From an uncultured Syntrophobacterales bacterium (GTDB lineage: Bacteria > Desulfobacterota > Binatia > UBA9968 > JAJDTQ01), in NCBI GenBank assembly GCA_964519455.1, contig CAZFIU010000012.1:2775-66774 (forward strand): a stretch of 64,000 bases of DNA. Direction: 5' to 3'. The translations under genes and the position numbers were made by a program. Position 1 is the first letter of the stretch. The number at the start of each line of letters is the position of its first letter. This document shows, piece after piece, positions 28,167 through 38,617 of this stretch. The notes beneath the pieces are model-generated. The model worked only from the letters and a program-made list of their open reading frames with translations, did no database searches and had not been told where the DNA came from.

Positions 28167-29021
28167 TCAACCCGCCGTGGCGGTCCGCCCCTCCGGAGTG
28201 AGGACGCACACCGGCATCTCCCCGGCGTTGTGGGCGAAGCCGACGGCGCCGTAGCGGTCCACCAGGATGAGGCCGGCTTGCGCGCCGGTCTGCCGCTCCA
28301 GCAACTCCAGGGCGCGCCGGGCCGCGGTGGCGGGAATCAGCCCCGAGGCCAGGAGGTCCACCGCGGTCTTGGCCAGCAGGACCTTGATGATGGCCTCGCC
28401 CTCGCCGGTGCACGAGGCGGCGCCGACGGCGTCGGCGTAGGTGCCGCAACCGATGAGCGGCGAGTCCCCGATACGGCCGGGGAGCTTTCCCAGGGTGCCG
28501 CCGGTGGAGGTGCCGGCGGCGAGGCGGCCGCGGGCGTCGAGGACTACGCAGCCCACCGTGCCGTGGGCGGCGTTCCAGCGTTTGCGTTGCGCCGGAGTGA
28601 TCAAGTAATCCCCCCGCACCGGGTCGATGCCCGCCCGGCGCGCGAAGTCACGCGCGCCCTGACCCGCCAGCATCACGTGACGGCCGTCGTCGAGCACTTT
28701 CCGCGCCAGCCGGATGGGGTTGCGGATGCCGGAAACCGCGGCCACGGCGCCGGCCTCGAGGGTGTCGTACATGAGCGCCGCATCCATCTCCACCTCCCCG
28801 GCCGCGTTCAACGACGAACCGGTGCCGGCGTTGAACAGCGGGTTGTCCTCGAGCACGGCCACGGCCTCTTCCACCGCCTCCAGCGCCGAGCGCCCGCGTC
28901 GTACCGCCGTCCAGCCGGTTCGGGCCGCCGCCAGGCAACCGGCAAGGCGGTCGGGCCGCTCGGTGCCCGATTCGCGCCCGGCGCCGCCGTGCACGATGAT
29001 GGCCGGCTGGAACTTCACCAT
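28167..29021 (-). CDS. Isoaspartyl peptidase/L-asparaginase (Ntn-hydrolase, asparaginase-2 family)
   Basis: Translation begins MVKFQPAIIVHGGAG and contains GTVGCVVLD, the autoproteolytic Thr context. The six-frame ORF's N-terminal extension was rejected. Confidence 0.8.
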   Translation of the reverse strand: MVKFQPAIIVHGGAGRESGTERPDRLAGCLAAARTGWTAVRRGRSALEAVEEAVAVLEDNPLFNAGTGSSLNAAGEVEMDAALMYDTLEAGAVAAVSGIRNPIRLARKVLDDGRHVMLAGQGARDFARRAGIDPVRGDYLITPAQRKRWNAAHGTVGCVVLDARGRLAAGTSTGGTLGKLPGRIGDSPLIGCGTYADAVGAASCTGEGEAIIKVLLAKTAVDLLASGLIPATAARRALELLERQTGAQAGLILVDRYGAVGFAHNAGEMPVCVLTPEGRTATAG

Positions 29022-30088
29022 GCCGCCAGCTCTCCGCCGTGGCCGGCGCTGACATGCGCGAGTTCGTAGCGCGGTCCGTCCACGCCGTACCCGCCGCGAA
29101 CCGGGTCCTCGGCCAGCAGCAGGGGCGTGTCCAGGTCGATCCACTGGAAGGCGCCGGTGCCGGCCGCCAGATGGACGCTGAAGCCCATGGCCAGACGGGT
29201 CTCCACCATGCCGCCGATCATGAGCCCGAGGCCGGCGGCACGGGCGATGGCGATGATCTCCAGCGCCTGGGCGACGCCGCACTTGGCGAGCTTGATGTTG
29301 ATCACCTGCGCGAGACCGTCGCGCGCGATGCGCGCGGCGTCGTCGGCGGAGCGGCAGGACTCGTCCGCCGCCACCGGCACTCCCGCCTCCCGCGCCAGCC
29401 GCGCCTGGCCGTTCCAGTCTTCTCGCGGGACCGGCTGCTCCAGCAGGGCAGGCTCCAGCCCCAGGCGGCGCAACGTACCCAGCACGGCCAGTGCGCGTTC
29501 CGCATCGTAGCCTTCGTTGGCGTCAAGGATGAGACGGCATCCGGGATGACCCGCGCGGATGGCGCGGACGCGGTCGATGTCTTCGTCGGTGTCGCCGCCG
29601 ACCTTGGTCTTCAGCGTGGTGAACCCGCGGGCGCGGTATTCCGTGGCGCGGGCCTCGGCCTCCGCCGGACCGCACATGGGAATGGTGATGTCGGTCTCCA
29701 GGGACGTCGAGGCGCCGCCGAAGTACTCGGAGAGGGCAATGCCGTGGCTCCGTGCGAGGGCGTCGAAGAGCGCCATCTCCAGGCCTGCCCGGACCGTGGG
29801 GGCGCGGGGCAGGGTGGCGGAGAGCGCTTCCAGGAGCGGACGCCAGCGCAGCGCCTCCTTGCCGGTCCATTCCGCGGCCGCCCGGCCGGCCGCCGCCAGT
29901 GCCGTGGCTTGATCTTCCGGCGTGACAGTGGGCAGGGTCGGTATCTCCCCCCAACCGCTTGCGCCGCCCGCCAGGTCCAGTCGCACGGCGACGTTGGACA
30001 CCGTGTCGAGGCTCGCCCCGGCAATGGTGAAAGGCGCCTTCAGCGCGACGTCCAGGGGACGCGCTTCGATTCGAGTAATGCGTGGCAT
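29015..30088 (-). CDS. Dipeptide epimerase (enolase superfamily; L-Ala-D/L-Glu epimerase-like)
   Basis: Translation shows MR/MLE-subgroup features (KxK...D...E...D...K). It is 357 aa and overlaps the asparaginase start by 7 nt. Confidence 0.8.
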   Translation of the reverse strand: MPRITRIEARPLDVALKAPFTIAGASLDTVSNVAVRLDLAGGASGWGEIPTLPTVTPEDQATALAAAGRAAAEWTGKEALRWRPLLEALSATLPRAPTVRAGLEMALFDALARSHGIALSEYFGGASTSLETDITIPMCGPAEAEARATEYRARGFTTLKTKVGGDTDEDIDRVRAIRAGHPGCRLILDANEGYDAERALAVLGTLRRLGLEPALLEQPVPREDWNGQARLAREAGVPVAADESCRSADDAARIARDGLAQVINIKLAKCGVAQALEIIAIARAAGLGLMIGGMVETRLAMGFSVHLAAGTGAFQWIDLDTPLLLAEDPVRGGYGVDGPRYELAHVSAGHGGELAAW

Positions 30089-30341
30089 GGGCGATTCGAG
30101 GCAAGGGACCGGCCGGTAGCGTACAATTTCGCGTCATTTCCCGCAAATTCGTTCAACAATCTTCGTATTCGTCCAATCGGCCGTGGTGCTCGCCGGCGTG
30201 GCATGCGCGGGCGATACGCGCTCGCGTCGAAGGGCAATCGCTTCACAAGCCCGGATCTGTTACGTTTCCCGTGCATCATGGAAACGTGCGTCCACGGCGT
30301 CCTTGCCGCGGGACTGCACGGCCGACGAAGGAGGACCGCAC

Positions 30342-31139
30342 ATGATATCCGAGGTCGAGTTCGCTCCGGGCAAGAGGGGTTACCTGGCGAGACCGGCGGA
30401 AGGCGCCCGCCACCCCGCAGTGATCCAGCTCCACGAGCGCTACGGCGTCGTCCGGCACACCACGGACATTGCCGAGCGACTGGCGCGGAACGGCTACGTG
30501 ACCCTGGCCCCGGACATGTTCTCCCGCTTCACGGGCGATCGGGAAGCGCTGGCCCGCGGCGATGTCGGCGTCGGCATCCGCGACGACGAAGCGCTGACGG
30601 ACCTGGACGAATGCGTCCGCTACCTGCGCGGCCTCGACGACGTCGACGGCGGGCGTCTCGCGGTGATGGGCGTATGCCAGACGGGACGGCAGCCCCTGCT
30701 GGCGGCGGCCCACCGGGACGACCTGCGCTGCGCCGTGGTGTTCTACGGCGGCATCTATCAACGCGACTGGGAGCCCCACGAGGAGCGCCCGACGTCGGTG
30801 GGAGAGTTCATCCAGCGCCTGTCCTGCCCGGTGCTCGGGGTGTTCGGCGACAACGACCACATCATCTCGGTGGATGACGTGCGTCGTTTCCGGCGCGCGC
30901 TGGAGGACGCCTGGAAGACCTACAACATCCGCATCTTCCGGGACGCTCCCCACGGCTGGCTCAACGACACCATGCCGGGGCGCTACCGGCCGGAAGCGGC
31001 CGAGGACGCCTGGGTGCTCCTGCTGCGCTTCCTCGAAAGGCACATGGCGGAAGAGCCCGACGCGTCCCGTGTCGAATGGGAGTTCGAGGGCGACGTCCCC
31101 GCCGCATACGACTTCTCGAAAATGGTCCGGCTGGCCTGA
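30342..31139 (+). CDS. Dienelactone hydrolase family protein
   Basis: Translation begins MISEVEFAPGKRGYLARPAEG with a Cys nucleophile context GVCQTG. An RBS gaaggagg lies upstream. Confidence 0.8.
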   Translation: MISEVEFAPGKRGYLARPAEGARHPAVIQLHERYGVVRHTTDIAERLARNGYVTLAPDMFSRFTGDREALARGDVGVGIRDDEALTDLDECVRYLRGLDDVDGGRLAVMGVCQTGRQPLLAAAHRDDLRCAVVFYGGIYQRDWEPHEERPTSVGEFIQRLSCPVLGVFGDNDHIISVDDVRRFRRALEDAWKTYNIRIFRDAPHGWLNDTMPGRYRPEAAEDAWVLLLRFLERHMAEEPDASRVEWEFEGDVPAAYDFSKMVRLA

Positions 31140-31239
31140 CTTCCGATACCTCGTTCCCTTCGGCCTTGCGCGGCCGTGCCGAGCGCGTCTTGTTTGGCTT
31201 CCCGGGGAGAATCGCTTAGATTGGGTGAGTCAGGGTGTC

Positions 31240-31860
31240 ATGGAGCGGACATTTGCGGAAATGCGAGGCGCACGCGTGAGCTCCGGACGCTCGTGGCTGT
31301 GCGTGTTGCTGTGGGTGGCCTGTTGCCTGGTGCCGACCGCGTGGGCGGAGGAGGGTCCCAGGAGCGGGGTCGAGCAGGCGTTGCGCGCCGGGCTCGCGAT
31401 CCTCAACGACCCGAGCCTCCAGGAGGACGTCAAGATCGAAGGGGTCAGGGCGGTCTTTCTGCCGCTCTTCGACTTCTCCGAGATGGCCCGGCGTTCGCTG
31501 GGCTCGCACTGGCGCCGGCGCACGCCGGAGGAGCGTACGGAGTTCACCCGCCTCTTCGGCGCACTGTTGGAGAAAAGCTATACGAGCCGTATCGCCGGCT
31601 TCAGGAGCCAGCGGATGCATTTCACCGCCGAGGAGGTCGACGGCCGTTACGCACAGGTGGATACCCGGATCGTGGACCGGCAAGGACGCCGCTTCGACAT
31701 CGACTACCGGCTGCACCGCGTGGAGGCCTCCGGCAAGTGGCTCATCTATGACGTCATCGTCCAGGGCATCAGCCTGGTCAACAACTATCGCGCCCAGTTC
31801 AACCGCGTGATCAACCGGAGTTCCTACGAGAGCCTGGTGGCAAAGCTTCGCGCGCGGTAA
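31240..31860 (+). CDS. MlaC/Ttg2D family phospholipid-binding periplasmic protein
   Basis: It has a signal peptide and MlaC-like features (...FDFSEMARRSLGSHW...YDVIVQGISLVNNYRAQF). Confidence 0.7.
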   Translation: MERTFAEMRGARVSSGRSWLCVLLWVACCLVPTAWAEEGPRSGVEQALRAGLAILNDPSLQEDVKIEGVRAVFLPLFDFSEMARRSLGSHWRRRTPEERTEFTRLFGALLEKSYTSRIAGFRSQRMHFTAEEVDGRYAQVDTRIVDRQGRRFDIDYRLHRVEASGKWLIYDVIVQGISLVNNYRAQFNRVINRSSYESLVAKLRAR

Positions 31861-31902
31861 CGTCGCGGTCGCCGGCCCGCCCCCGGTGGCACCGAAGGAC
31901 AA

Positions 31903-32640
31903 ATGCAGGAAATGTCGGTCCCGTCCGTTCCCAGGAGAGCCTCCACGCTTGTGCTCGTGCGTCCGGCGCGGGCCGGCGCGTTCGAGATTTTCATGACGAG
32001 ACGCCCGCGGGAGATGCGTTTCCTCGGGGGATTTTTCGTCTTTCCGGGAGGCGCCGTCAAGGGGGCGGATGCTTCGCCGGCGATGCTGGATATGTGTCAC
32101 GGGCTCACGCCGGCGGACGCCCGCATGCGGCTCGGGGACGAGTTGAGCGCCGAGGATGCCATGGGCCACTGGGTGGCCGCCATACGCGAGCTCTACGAGG
32201 AGGTGGGGGTGCTGCTGTGCGTGGCGCGGGAGAACGGCGCTGCCGTCGCCCCGGAAGCCTGGGAGCGCGTGGTGGCAAGGCGCACGGCGCTGCTGGGCCG
32301 TGAAGTGAGCTTCCCGGAACTGCTGGCGTCCGAAGGGCTTTGCTGTGACGTCGGCAAGCTGGTCTATTTCTACCACCGCACCACGCCCGAGCGTTATGCC
32401 ATGCGCTTCGATACCCGCTTTTTCCTGGCCGCCCTGCCGGACGGGCAGACGCCGCTGGAAGTGTCGGAAGAGGTGACGGAAAGCCTGTGGCTCACCCCGA
32501 CCGAGGGGCTGCAACGGGCCGAGCGGGGGCGCATGGCGATCATCCCGCCGACCCTCGCGACGCTGCGAACGCTGGCCGAGCTGGGCACGTGGGACGCGCT
32601 CTGCCGGGACTTCGCGCTGCCGCTGCCGGAGAACGCATGA
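31903..32640 (+). CDS. NUDIX hydrolase
   Basis: Translation carries a Nudix box: GGFFVFPGG...AAIRELYEEVGV. Confidence 0.75.
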   Translation: MQEMSVPSVPRRASTLVLVRPARAGAFEIFMTRRPREMRFLGGFFVFPGGAVKGADASPAMLDMCHGLTPADARMRLGDELSAEDAMGHWVAAIRELYEEVGVLLCVARENGAAVAPEAWERVVARRTALLGREVSFPELLASEGLCCDVGKLVYFYHRTTPERYAMRFDTRFFLAALPDGQTPLEVSEEVTESLWLTPTEGLQRAERGRMAIIPPTLATLRTLAELGTWDALCRDFALPLPENA

Positions 32641-32677
32641 ACCTGTCCGGAAGGGCTGGGAGGGAGCAGTCGATACC

Positions 32678-34324
32678 ATGAGAACGGTGGACGTCATCGC
32701 CGAGATCCTGAAGCGCGAAGGGGTGCCTTACCTGAGTGCCTTCCCCACGTCGACCCTGATCGAAGCGGCGGCCGCGGCCGGCATCCGTCCGGTCATCTGC
32801 CGCCAGGAGCGGGTGGGGGTGGGGATCGCGGACGGCTACAGCCGGGTCAACAACGGCGCGCCGCCGGGCGTGTTCGCCATGCAGTTCGGGCCCGGGGCGG
32901 AGAACGCCTACGCGGGCGTGGCCACGGCCTTCTCGGACGCCGTGCCGATGCTGCTGCTGCCGCTGGGGCACACGCGCGAACGGGAGGGCGTCTTTCCCCA
33001 GTTCAGCTCCCTCAGGAACTACGCGCCGGTCACCAAGTTCGTGGAGCAGGTCACCACGGCGGACCGGGTCGTCGACACCATGAGGCGGGCGTTCGCGCGG
33101 CTCAAGATGGGACGTCCCGGCCCGGTGATGGTGGAGATCCCCGCGGACGTGGCCGGGGAAGAGCTCGATGCCGCGGTGGTGGAGCGCTACCGTCCGGTAA
33201 AGGCGGCGGTGTCGCAGGCGGACCCGCGCGACGTCACGGCGGCGGCGAAAGCGCTGCTGGAAGCGCGGCATCCCGTGATACTGGCGGGCCAGGGGGTGCT
33301 CTACGCCGAGGCCGCGCCCGAGCTGCTGGAGCTGGCGGAACTCACCCGTATGCCCGTGGTCACCACCATGGGCGGCAAGAGCGCGTTCCCCGAGTCCCAT
33401 CCGCAGGCGCTGGGCAGCGCTTCCGGCGTCATGAACCGGCCGGTGTACCACTTCCTCAAGCAGGCCGACGTGGTGCTGGCGGCGGGCACGAGTCTCACCC
33501 GGCATCCCATGACCACGCCCATTCCCGCGGACAAGACCTTCATCCAGGTGACGGACGATCCCATCGACGTGGGCAAGAACTACGACGTCGAGCACCCGGT
33601 AATCGGCGACGCCCGGCTCGTGCTGCGCCAGTTCGTCGAGGCGGCCAAGGACCTGCTGAACGGCCGCTCCCGGGACGACCGTTCCCCCGCCGGCGCCATC
33701 GCCGAGATGCGCGCCGCGTGGCTGGCGGAGTGGGACGCGAAGCTCACCTCCGACGAGGTGCCCATCAACCCGTACCGGGTCGTCGCCGAGTTCATGAGGG
33801 CAGTGGACCCGGCCGAGGCCATCGTCACCCACGACTCCGGCAGTCCGCGGGACCAGATCATGCCCTTCTACCGTTCGGCCGGGCCGCGGTCATACCTCGG
33901 ATGGGGCAAGTCCCACGGCCTGGGCACCGGCCTGGGATTGAATATCGGCGCCAAGCTGGCGGCGCCGGACAAGTTCGTGGTGAACTTCATGGGCGACGCC
34001 GCGTTCGGCATGACCGGGCTCGACTTCGAGACCGCGGTGCGCTCGAACCTGCCGATCCTGACCATCGTGCTCAACAACTCCACCATGGCGGTGGAGACGC
34101 GCCACATGACGGTGTCGCACGAGCGCTACGGCAGCCGCGATCTGGGCGGCAACTATGCGGACATGGCGCGCGCCATGGGCGGATGGGCCGAGCGCGTGGA
34201 GGACCCGGCCGAGGTGGGCCGCGCCATCGTGCGCGCCCGGCGCGCCACCGAAGAGGGCAGGGCGGCACTGCTGGAGTTCATCACCAGCGCCGAGATCGAG
34301 TATTCCCACAAGGGCGCCTTCTAG
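32678..34324 (+). CDS. Thiamine pyrophosphate-dependent enzyme (acetolactate synthase-like family)
   Basis: The 548-aa protein has the three-domain TPP-enzyme layout, with the TPP-binding region GDAAFGMTGLDFETAVRSNLP. Confidence 0.85.
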   Translation: MRTVDVIAEILKREGVPYLSAFPTSTLIEAAAAAGIRPVICRQERVGVGIADGYSRVNNGAPPGVFAMQFGPGAENAYAGVATAFSDAVPMLLLPLGHTREREGVFPQFSSLRNYAPVTKFVEQVTTADRVVDTMRRAFARLKMGRPGPVMVEIPADVAGEELDAAVVERYRPVKAAVSQADPRDVTAAAKALLEARHPVILAGQGVLYAEAAPELLELAELTRMPVVTTMGGKSAFPESHPQALGSASGVMNRPVYHFLKQADVVLAAGTSLTRHPMTTPIPADKTFIQVTDDPIDVGKNYDVEHPVIGDARLVLRQFVEAAKDLLNGRSRDDRSPAGAIAEMRAAWLAEWDAKLTSDEVPINPYRVVAEFMRAVDPAEAIVTHDSGSPRDQIMPFYRSAGPRSYLGWGKSHGLGTGLGLNIGAKLAAPDKFVVNFMGDAAFGMTGLDFETAVRSNLPILTIVLNNSTMAVETRHMTVSHERYGSRDLGGNYADMARAMGGWAERVEDPAEVGRAIVRARRATEEGRAALLEFITSAEIEYSHKGAF

Positions 34325-34358
34325 GCCGCACCGGCGGCCCGGGCGCTGAGAGGATTCC

Positions 34359-37049
34359 ATGCGAAGATCCATCGGTTTGATCGCGCTCGGCGCGTTTATC
34401 CTGTTCTCGCTCGTGGGCGAGGCCGTCTACCTCTACACGGACTATCTCTGGTTCCGTGAGATCGGCTATTCCGGTGTGTTCACCAAGACGCTGTGGATCA
34501 AGGTGCTGCTGGGGGTGATCTCCGGGGTCCTGTTCTTCGCGCTCTTCTATTTCAACATCAAGCTTGCGGCGCGCCGGCGCGAAGGGGTGGTGCCGCTCCA
34601 GACCAGCAACCCGGAAGTGCCGGGCTTCGAGGATCTGGATCCGCTCATCCGCCGGCTGCTCCTGCCGGTGGCGCTGGTGCTGGGGTTCCTGGCCGCGCCC
34701 CAGGCGGCCATGCACTGGGAGTCCGTGCTGCTCTACTTCAACGGGCTTCCCTTCGGCATGCAGGACCCGCTCCTGGACAAGGACATCGGTTTCTACCTGT
34801 TCCAGCTGCCGGCCCTGGATGCCCTCTACCGCTGGTTCCTGGTGGCCCTGGGCGTGATTTTCGTGGCCACGGCGTTCGTCTATCTCCTCTACGGCGGGGT
34901 CCAGTACTCGGAGAACGGCCTGTCGGTGCACCGCGCCGCCAAGGTGCACCTGTCCGTGCTCCTGGCCCTGGTGTTGCTGGTCCAGTGCGGCGGCTACCTG
35001 CTGGACGCCTACAAGCTCCTCTATTCGCACAACGGCGTGGTGTTCGGCGCCGGTTATACCGACATTCATGCCCGCCTCCCGGCGTTGCGCGTGCTCGCGG
35101 TGGTGGCGGCACTGGTGTCGGTGCTGGTCCTGGTGCAGATGCGCCGGCCGGGTTTGCGGCTCCTGTTCATCGGCCTCGGCGCCCTGGCGGCGGTGCACGC
35201 CGTGGGGATGTATGCTTATCCGTCCTTCCTGCAGCAGTTCCACGTCGTCCCCAACGAGTTGGTGGCGGAAACCCCCTACATCGAACGCAACATCCGCTCG
35301 ACCCGGCATGCCTACGGGCTCGACCGGGTGGAGGCGCAGGTGTTCCCGGTGAACGAGGTGCTGACGGCGGACGACCTGAAAGAGAACGACGCCACCGTCA
35401 AGAACATCCGCCTGTGGAACTACCAGCCGCTGCTGTCCACCTATGCGCAGTTGCAGCAGATCCGCACCTACTACGAGTTCGTGGACGTGGACAACGACCG
35501 CTACAAGATCGACGGCGAATACCGCCAGGTGATGCTCTCGGCGCGCGAGCTGTCCCACGAGCAGCTCCCGAGCCGCATCTGGATCAACGAGCACCTGGTG
35601 TACACCCACGGCTACGGCGTGGTCTTCAGCCCGGTGAACCAGATCAGCAAGGAGGGTTTGCCCGAGTTCTTCGTCAAGAACATTCCGCCGGTATCCGACG
35701 GCTTCATCAAGGTGACGCGGCCGGAGATCTACTTCGGCGAGGTGGCCAACGACTACGTGTTCGTCAAGACGCGGGCGCGCGAGCTGGACTACCCGGCGGG
35801 CGACCAGAACGTCTACACGACCTACGAGGGCGAGGGCGGGGTGCCGTTGCGCTCGTTCTGGCGCAAACTCCTGTTCTCCGCGCGCTTCGCGACGCTGCGC
35901 ATCTCCCTGTCCAACGACCTCACTCCCGAGAGCCGGATACTCTACTACCGCAAGATCCAGGACCGGGTGCGGAAGCTGGCGCCGTTCCTCGACTTCGACG
36001 AAGATCCGTACCTGGTGGCGACGCCGGAGGGGCGGCTCTTCTGGATCATCGACGGTTACACCACCTCCGACCGCTATCCCTACTCCGAACCCACGGAGGG
36101 GCTCGGCAACTACATGCGCAACTCCGTAAAGGCCGTGGTGGACACGTACAACGGCACGGTGGACTTCTACATCGCCGACGCGGACGATCCCGTGGTGAGG
36201 GCCTACGCCAGCGGGTTCCCGGGGCTGTTCAAGCCCATGGAGACCTTGCCCGACGCGCTGCGCAGCCACGTCCGCTATCCGCAGGACTTCTTCAAGGTGC
36301 AGGCGCAAATGTACGCCACCTACCACATGCAGGACCCGCAGGTCTTCTACAACAAGGAGGACCTGCTGAGCATCCCCATCCGCACGGTGGACGAGCAAGA
36401 GAGCCAGATGGAGCCGTACTACACCATCATGCGTCTGCCGGGGGAGGAGAACGAGGAGTTCGTGCTGCTCCTGCCCTTCACTCCCAACAACCGCGACAAC
36501 ATGCGCGCGTGGCTGGCGGCGCGCAGCGACGGCACCCACTACGGCAAGCTCCTGGCCCTCAACTTCCCCAAGGCCCGGCTGGTGTACGGCCCCAAGCAGG
36601 TCGACGCCCGCATCGACCAGGACGCCTTCATCTCGCAGCAGTTGAGCCTGTGGGGCCAGCGCGGCTCCGAGGTCATCCGCGGCAGCCTGCTGGCGATTCC
36701 CATCCAGGACTCGCTGCTGTACGTTCAGTCGCTGTACCTGGCGGCGGAACAGGGATCGCTGCCCGAGCTCAAGCGGGTGGTCGCCGTGTTCGGCAACCGC
36801 ATCGCCATGCGCGAGAACCTGGAGGACGCGCTGCGCGAGCTGTTCGGTTCCACGGTGAACGTGGACGGCGCGACCCCGGCGCCGGCAGTCACCTCCGCGG
36901 CGGCCACGCAGCAGGACGGTGATCCCACGACCCGTGCACTGGAGCATTACCGGCGCTCGATGGAGCGCCTGCGCGCCGGGGACTGGGCGGGCTTCGGCGA
37001 CGCCCTGCGCCAGCTCGAGCAGTCGCTCCAGGCCATGCAGTCGCGGTAA
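34359..37049 (+). CDS. UPF0182 family membrane protein
   Basis: The 896-aa protein has N-terminal transmembrane helices followed by a large conserved soluble region, as in the UPF0182 family. Confidence 0.8.
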   Translation: MRRSIGLIALGAFILFSLVGEAVYLYTDYLWFREIGYSGVFTKTLWIKVLLGVISGVLFFALFYFNIKLAARRREGVVPLQTSNPEVPGFEDLDPLIRRLLLPVALVLGFLAAPQAAMHWESVLLYFNGLPFGMQDPLLDKDIGFYLFQLPALDALYRWFLVALGVIFVATAFVYLLYGGVQYSENGLSVHRAAKVHLSVLLALVLLVQCGGYLLDAYKLLYSHNGVVFGAGYTDIHARLPALRVLAVVAALVSVLVLVQMRRPGLRLLFIGLGALAAVHAVGMYAYPSFLQQFHVVPNELVAETPYIERNIRSTRHAYGLDRVEAQVFPVNEVLTADDLKENDATVKNIRLWNYQPLLSTYAQLQQIRTYYEFVDVDNDRYKIDGEYRQVMLSARELSHEQLPSRIWINEHLVYTHGYGVVFSPVNQISKEGLPEFFVKNIPPVSDGFIKVTRPEIYFGEVANDYVFVKTRARELDYPAGDQNVYTTYEGEGGVPLRSFWRKLLFSARFATLRISLSNDLTPESRILYYRKIQDRVRKLAPFLDFDEDPYLVATPEGRLFWIIDGYTTSDRYPYSEPTEGLGNYMRNSVKAVVDTYNGTVDFYIADADDPVVRAYASGFPGLFKPMETLPDALRSHVRYPQDFFKVQAQMYATYHMQDPQVFYNKEDLLSIPIRTVDEQESQMEPYYTIMRLPGEENEEFVLLLPFTPNNRDNMRAWLAARSDGTHYGKLLALNFPKARLVYGPKQVDARIDQDAFISQQLSLWGQRGSEVIRGSLLAIPIQDSLLYVQSLYLAAEQGSLPELKRVVAVFGNRIAMRENLEDALRELFGSTVNVDGATPAPAVTSAAATQQDGDPTTRALEHYRRSMERLRAGDWAGFGDALRQLEQSLQAMQSR

Positions 37050-37157
37050 GCGGGGCTTCGCGGCCATGTCCGCGCGGGCCGCGGGCGTCGTGGTGGGTCG
37101 CCTCGGCACCGCGCCGGTGGCAGCGAGACAGTCGCGGGCGGGGATACGAGAGGACAC

Positions 37158-37994
37158 ATGAGAAGCATGACCGGCTTTGGCCAGGCCATCCTCCAGGACA
37201 GGCGGGTCAAGGTTTCAGTACAGATTCGCACCGTCAACCATCGCCACGCGGACATTCACCTGCGCGTGCCCAAGCTTTACCTGAGCCTGGAGGACGAGTT
37301 GCGGGAGCAGGCGCGCACGAGGATCCAGCGGGGACGGGCCGACGTGTACGTGGATAGGACGCCGCTCAAGGGGCGCGGCTACCGCTTGGAGGTGGACGAT
37401 GCCCTGATGGAGCAGTACTGCGAAGCGCTCCGGCGCATCAAGGAACGCTTTCGGCTGCAGGGCGACGTCGACCTCCAGTTGGTGCCGCGCCTGCCGGATC
37501 TCTTCCAGTTCAAGGAACCGGACGAGATCGAAGCGAGCGAGCGGCGGCTCGCGCTGCGGGCGCTGGAGGCGGCTCTCAAGGCGCTCACGCGCTCGCGCGA
37601 CCGCGAGGGGCGCAACCTCAAGCGCGACATGACCGCGGAGGCGCGCCGGCTCGACCGGACGGCCCGGCAGCTCGGGAAGCACGCCGAGCTCATCGATCAG
37701 CGTCTCCAGCAGCAGAACGCCGCCGCCAACCCGGTCGGCGAGGCCGGTAGCGCGGCGTTCAAGGGAAGCATCAACGAGGAGGTGGTGCGGCTCCGCAGCC
37801 ACGGGGAGATGCTCGCCGGCCTGATGCGCGAGCGCGAGCCCGTGGGCAAGAAGATCGACTTTCTGCTGCAGGAGGTCCAGCGTGAGTTGACCACCATCGG
37901 CGCCAAGGCACCGCACCTCGAAGTCGTGCGGCTGGTGCTGGGCGGCAAGGAAAGCGTGGAGAAGGTCCGCGAACAGGTCCAGAACGTGGAATGA
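37158..37994 (+). CDS. yicC: YicC family stress-induced protein
   Basis: Translation begins MRSMTGFGQA. The protein is 278 aa and overlaps the gmk start (ATGA). Confidence 0.85.
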   Translation: MRSMTGFGQAILQDRRVKVSVQIRTVNHRHADIHLRVPKLYLSLEDELREQARTRIQRGRADVYVDRTPLKGRGYRLEVDDALMEQYCEALRRIKERFRLQGDVDLQLVPRLPDLFQFKEPDEIEASERRLALRALEAALKALTRSRDREGRNLKRDMTAEARRLDRTARQLGKHAELIDQRLQQQNAAANPVGEAGSAAFKGSINEEVVRLRSHGEMLAGLMREREPVGKKIDFLLQEVQRELTTIGAKAPHLEVVRLVLGGKESVEKVREQVQNVE

Positions 37995-38617
37995 CCGTCA
38001 AGATCGGCAGCTTTACGCGGAGCGGTCCGGGCATCGTCTTCATCGTGTCGGCTCCGTCGGGTGCGGGCAAGACGACGTTGACGCGCGAGGTCCTCGGCCT
38101 CTATCCCGAGATGAGCCTGTCCGTCTCCTGCACCACGCGGGCGCCACGTGCCGGCGAGACTCCGGGCGAGGACTATCACTTCGTGTCCGAACGGGTCTTC
38201 AGGCGAATGCTCGGATCGGGTGAATTCGCGGAGTGGGCGGAGGTGCACGGAAGCCTCTACGGCACGCCGCGCCGCGTGCTTGAAAGGCAGCTCCGGAAGG
38301 GCCGGGACGTGCTGCTGGACATCGACGTGCAGGGGGCGCGTCAGATGAAGCAGCACTTTCAAAGCGCCGTCGCCATCTTCGTGCTGCCGCCGTCGCTGAA
38401 AGAGTTGCGCCGCCGGCTGGCGGCGCGGGGGACGGACGCGCGCAAGACCATCGAACAACGCTGGCAGCGGGCGCGGCATGAAATTCAGGAAATAGAAGGG
38501 TATGATTATTTCATAGTGAACCGCGATGTCGAAGAGGCGGTAACGCGGCTTGCCGCCATCATCGCGGCTGAAAGGGTCAAGGTTTGCAGGTTCACCCAGA
38601 GACGGAAGCCCGAGTAA
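37991..38617 (+). CDS. gmk: Guanylate kinase
   Basis: Translation carries the P-loop SAPSGAGKTTL and the guanylate-kinase motif VSCTTRAPRAGE. Confidence 0.9.
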   Translation: MTVKIGSFTRSGPGIVFIVSAPSGAGKTTLTREVLGLYPEMSLSVSCTTRAPRAGETPGEDYHFVSERVFRRMLGSGEFAEWAEVHGSLYGTPRRVLERQLRKGRDVLLDIDVQGARQMKQHFQSAVAIFVLPPSLKELRRRLAARGTDARKTIEQRWQRARHEIQEIEGYDYFIVNRDVEEAVTRLAAIIAAERVKVCRFTQRRKPE

